Assembly: GCF_963921235.1 (NCBI RefSeq)
Contig: NC_086100.1
Location: 198,588,001 to 198,652,000 of the forward strand
Direction of reading: 5' to 3'
Source: Mobula hypostoma
Lineage: Eukaryota
DNA: 64,000 nt
The notes beneath the pieces are model-generated. The model was not told where the DNA came from. It searched no databases and worked only from the letters and a program-made list of their open reading frames with translations. This document shows, piece after piece, positions 60,601 to 64,000 of this stretch. The position numbers and the translations under genes were made by a program. Each line of letters starts with the position of its first letter. Positions within the stretch are counted from its first letter, which is position 1.

Positions 60601-61485
60601 TTTCCTGTAGTGGGGAAAGTCTAGGACCAGAGGGCACAGTTTCAGAATAGGGGAACGTCCATTTAGAACAGGAAAATAATGTATAATACATCAGCTGTGA
60701 GTGAATGATGAAGCAGACTTGATGGGGCTAATGGCCTAATTCTGTTTCTATGTCCTAATTATTGTCTTATCCACTCAGTGGCTGCTGTATTTTATACCTC
60801 CTGAGCCTAATAAAGTGGCCACTGAGTGTGTGTTTGTGGTCTTCTGCTGTTGTAGCCCATCCACTTCAAGGTTCAACATGTTGAACGTTCAGAGATGCTC
60901 TCCTGCACACCACTGTTGTAATATGGTTATGTGAGTTACTGTCTCCTTTCTGTCAGCTTGAACCAGCCTGGCCATTCTCCTCTGACCTCTCTCATTAACC
61001 AGATGTTTTCACCCACAGAACTGACACTCACTGGATGTTCATTTTTGGGGTTTTTTTTGCACCATTCTCTATAAATTCTAGAGATTCTAGAGATTGTTGT
61101 GCATGAAAATCCCAGGAGATCAGCAGTTTCTGAGAAACTCAAACCACCCCATCTAGCACCAAGATCAAATTTCTTCCCCATTCTGACATTTGGTCTGATC
61201 TACAACTGAACCTCTTGACCATGTCTGCATGCTTTTATGCTGGCACATGATTGAGTGATTAGATATTTGCATTAACAAGTAGCTACACTATACAGGTGTA
61301 CTTGTTAAAGTTGCCACTCAGTATATGTCAGTGATAATAACCTGATTCTGGCCTCGTCTTCCAGGTACCTGGCCAGCCTGGTCTGGAAATCAAATGACAG
61401 GGATTTCCTGAAAGAAATGCGGAAGCTACAAAGGCTGAAGCTGGTCTTGCTCTTGGATGAACAGTGGCTGCACAACATCCAGCAG
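54514..61485 (+). CDS. ANKRD53: Ankyrin repeat domain-containing protein 53, 3'-partial; join(54514-54657,55735-55934,57101-57265,61365-61485)
   Basis: Exons join in frame (630 nt). Translation [93 protein letters not shown] matches recalled ANKRD53 (ELFAAAVGNVEWLRFCL..KIWNHRACARFLKDAMWKKDKKDFAREM). Confidence 0.9.
54935..55468. repeat. 52-bp satellite (ggggtcagacacagagtgaagctccctctacactgtcccatcacacactccc); second array on the opposite strand at about 21270-21495
   Basis: About 10 copies with a 52-bp period. Confidence 0.9.
55735..55934 (+). CDS. ANKRD53: ANKRD53 exon, ankyrin repeats ([10 protein letters not shown]...IGADPN)
   Basis: ccccag acceptor, gt|gtacgt donor, 200 nt, ankyrin consensus. 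Confidence 0.93.
56456..56968. repeat. About 33-bp minisatellite (gatatttgaccttgtggaagggagggtttggggt), preceded by a degenerate ~59-bp repeat at 56085-56385
   Basis: About 15 tandem copies. Confidence 0.88.
57101..57265 (+). CDS. ANKRD53: ANKRD53 exon ([13 protein letters not shown]...WGHRTCAR)
   Basis: ttctcttccag acceptor, aag|gttagc donor, 165 nt, ankyrin consensus. Confidence 0.93.
59057..60152 (+). mobile_element. Internally deleted Tc1/mariner transposon with a nested retroposon (about 59625-60030)
   Basis: TA|cagtgccttg...caaggcaatg|TA termini; DDE segment [24 protein letters not shown]. Confidence 0.8.
60772..61324 (-). mobile_element. Non-autonomous Tc1-like element, same family as 551-1079
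   Basis: Same termini; [28 protein letters not shown]. Confidence 0.7.
61365..61485 (+). CDS. ANKRD53: ANKRD53 exon ([21 protein letters not shown]...HNIQQ)
   Basis: tcttccag acceptor, cag|gtaacc donor, 121 nt. Confidence 0.9.
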
Positions 61486-61617
61486 GTAACCTGGCCACGG
61501 GGCAGGGAGACAGGGCTCTGGGATCACAGCCAATCACATCTTCCTGAGCATAAACCTGCACTCCTGGAGTGGCACTGGAGAGAGAGAGAGAGAGACAGAG
61601 AGACTGACTCACTCACG

Positions 61618-61800
61618 AGTTTAGTCTCATCATGGCAGTAGAGGAGGCCATGTATGGACATATCTGAATGGGAGTGGGAAGCAGAGTTGAAGTGGGTGGC
61701 TACTGGGAGATAGATCCTGTCTATTGTGGCGATTGGAGCGGAAGTGCTCGACGAAGCGGTCCCCCAATCTGCGTCGGGTTTCACCGATGTAGAAGAGTGC
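61618..61800 (-). mobile_element. Penelope-like GIY-YIG endonuclease fragment
   Basis: Frameshifted translation FYIGETRRRLGDRFVEH...LPVATHFNSASHSHSDMSIHGLLYC. Confidence 0.75.
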
Positions 61801-62022
61801 ACTACTTCCGTCTGTCAAGCAGTGCCCCATCTGGTAACATTTCTGTGGGGTCTTGCACTGTATTGATTGGTGGGGTTCTGGCTTCTGTTTGTTGCCAGAG
61901 GTCAATCCTGTGTGTTTGGAGGGATGTTCCGTGTGGTAGTTCCTCCACTGTAGCAAAGCTTTTCCTCGATTTTAGGTGGTTGGAAACTGGCACATGATGG
62001 TGTAGTGGGTGCCGTGGCACTG

Positions 62023-64000
62023 TGGCTCAGAAGGGTAGGGAATGGAAGAGGATAGCAGCGGTAATAAGGGACTCTATAGTTAGGGGCCAGACAGTCAATT
62101 TTGTGGACGCAGGAAAGAAACACGGAAGGTAGTTTGCCTCCCAGCTGCCAGGGATCGTGATGTTTCTGAGCGCGTCCACAATATCCTGAAATGGGAGGGT
62201 GAGCAGCCAGAGGTTATGGTACATATTGGTAGCAACGACATAGGTAGAAAAAGGGTGGAGGTCCTGAAAGCAGAATACAGGGAATTAGGAAGGAAGCTGA
62301 GAAACAGGACCTCAAAGGTAGTAATCTCAGGATTGCTGCCTATGCCACACATTAGTGAGTATAGGAAAAGAATGAGGTGGAGGATAAATGCGTGGCTGAG
62401 GGATTGGAGCAGGGGGCAGGGATTCAGATTTTTGAATCATTGGGACCTCTTCTGGGGCAGGTGTGACCTGTATAAAAAGGACGGGTTGCACTTGAATCCC
62501 AGGGGGACCAATATCTTGGTGGGGAGGGTTTAAACTAGATGTACAGGGGAGTGGGAACTGAAGTGAAGAGGCAGAGGATGGAGAGGTTGGTGCACAAGTA
62601 GAGACAGCTTGTAGGGAGTTTGTGAGGAAGGATAGGTAGATGTTAGAGCAAAGATGCATTCAGCCTGGTGGTTTGAGATGTGTCTATTGTAATGCAAGGA
62701 GTGTTATAAACAAGGTGGATGAATTTAGAGCGTGGATCAATACGTTAAACTATGACATTGTGGCCATTACAGAGACTTGGAGGTCTCAGGAGGAGGAATG
62801 ACTGCTGAGTATGCAAGGCTTCAGATGTTTCAAAAAGAACAGAGAGGGACGCAAAAGAGGAGGGGGAGTGGCATTGCTAATCAGGGATAGTACCACGGCT
62901 GCAGAAAAGGAGGAAGTCATGGAGGGATTGTCCACTGAGTCATTGTGAGTGGAAATCAGAAACAGGAAAGGGGCAATAACTACTGGGTGTTTTATATAGA
63001 TCACCCAATAGTAACAGGGATATCAAGGAGCAGTAGGGAGACAGATTCTGGAACAATGCAATAATAATAGGGTTGTTGTGATGGGAGATTTTAACTTTCC
63101 TAATATTGATTGGCATCTCCTTAGCGCAAGAGGTTTAGATGGGGTGGAGTTTGTTAGGTGTGTTCATCCTCTTCCTTTCCCTACCCATCTGACCCACAGG
63201 GCCAGATTCTGTGCCAGAGATGCAACCACTGTTGCTTCCCCCAGGCAGGCCATCCCCCCCAACAGTACTCAAACAGGAATACTTATCGTTAAGGGGGCAG
63301 CCACTGGGGTACTCTCTAGTACCTGCTTCTTGCCCTTCCCTCCCCTGACTGTTACCCACTTCTGTCTCCTGAGGTCCCGGTGTGACCACCTGCCTATAGC
63401 TCCTATCTATCACCTCCTCACTCTCCCTGACCAGATGAAGGTTATCGAGCTGCAGCTCCAGTTCCCTAATGCGGACTCCAAGGAGCTGCAGCTCGACGCA
63501 CCTGATGCAGATGTGGTCGTCCAGGAGGCCGGGAGTCTCTAGGACCTCCCACATCTGACACTGAGCGCAGAAAACCGGCCTCACACACATACTCTCTGTC
63601 TTTATTTTAAACAGATAACCTACCTGGCCCCGACCCTTTATCGCTGAAGCCCCGTTGAGCCAAAGCCTTCCTACTCTGATGCCCGCTCTGTATATCTGTC
63701 TTCCATTTAAACTCTTCCTGCTGTTCTCATTGGCTGATCTCCACGCACTTGCACAGTCATACCCCGTTCAAATTGCCGAAGAAATAACCTGATCTGGTAT
63801 TGGAAAGTGAACCTGGTCAGGTGCCAGATCTCTCGGTGAGAGAGCATTTTGGAGGTAGTGACCACAACTCTGTCCCCTTCACCATAGCGCTGGAGAGGGA
63901 TAGGAGCAGATAATTTGGGAAAACATTTAATTAGGGTAGAGGGAAATATGATGCTATTAGGCAGGTACTTGGGAGCAGATGTTCTCAGGGAAATGCATGG
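62023..64000 (+). mobile_element. CR1 LINE (ORF1 SGNH esterase + ORF2 start) containing an inverted 5'UTR/ORF1-N segment at about 63166-63785
   Basis: VHIGSNDIG..GLHLNPRG on the plus strand; CAQCQMW..CIRCVEL zinc-finger-like ORF1 N-terminus on the minus strand; ORF2 resumes at about 63790. Confidence 0.8.

Overview
Repeat-dense vertebrate genomic DNA. The CR1/Rex1/Penelope/SINE repertoire suggests a cartilaginous fish, possibly a ray (inference). Two intron-rich + strand genes can be assembled by hand from GT-AG exons. (1) A shootin-family gene (SHTN1-like): 14 coding exons in the window, 165-43630, which join into one open frame of 541 codons; the N-terminus lies upstream. (2) ANKRD53: CpG-island promoter at about 49.3-50.2 kb and 4 coding exons at 54514-61485; the last exon lies beyond the window. 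Most long ORFs in the ORF track are transposon remnants or tandem-repeat artefacts. Most notable observations: (a) a family of Penelope-like element ends carrying minimal type I hammerhead ribozymes, with two fully intact and about a dozen degenerate copies; (b) three TSD-flanked Penelope insertions with fold-back geometry, including a 1.2-kb palindrome; (c) the shootin gene beside ANKRD53, which suggests it is the VAX2-paralogon ohnolog rather than SHTN1 itself; (d) minisatellites that amplify 5' splice sites; (e) a tandem acceptor that could switch between short and long shootin isoforms.
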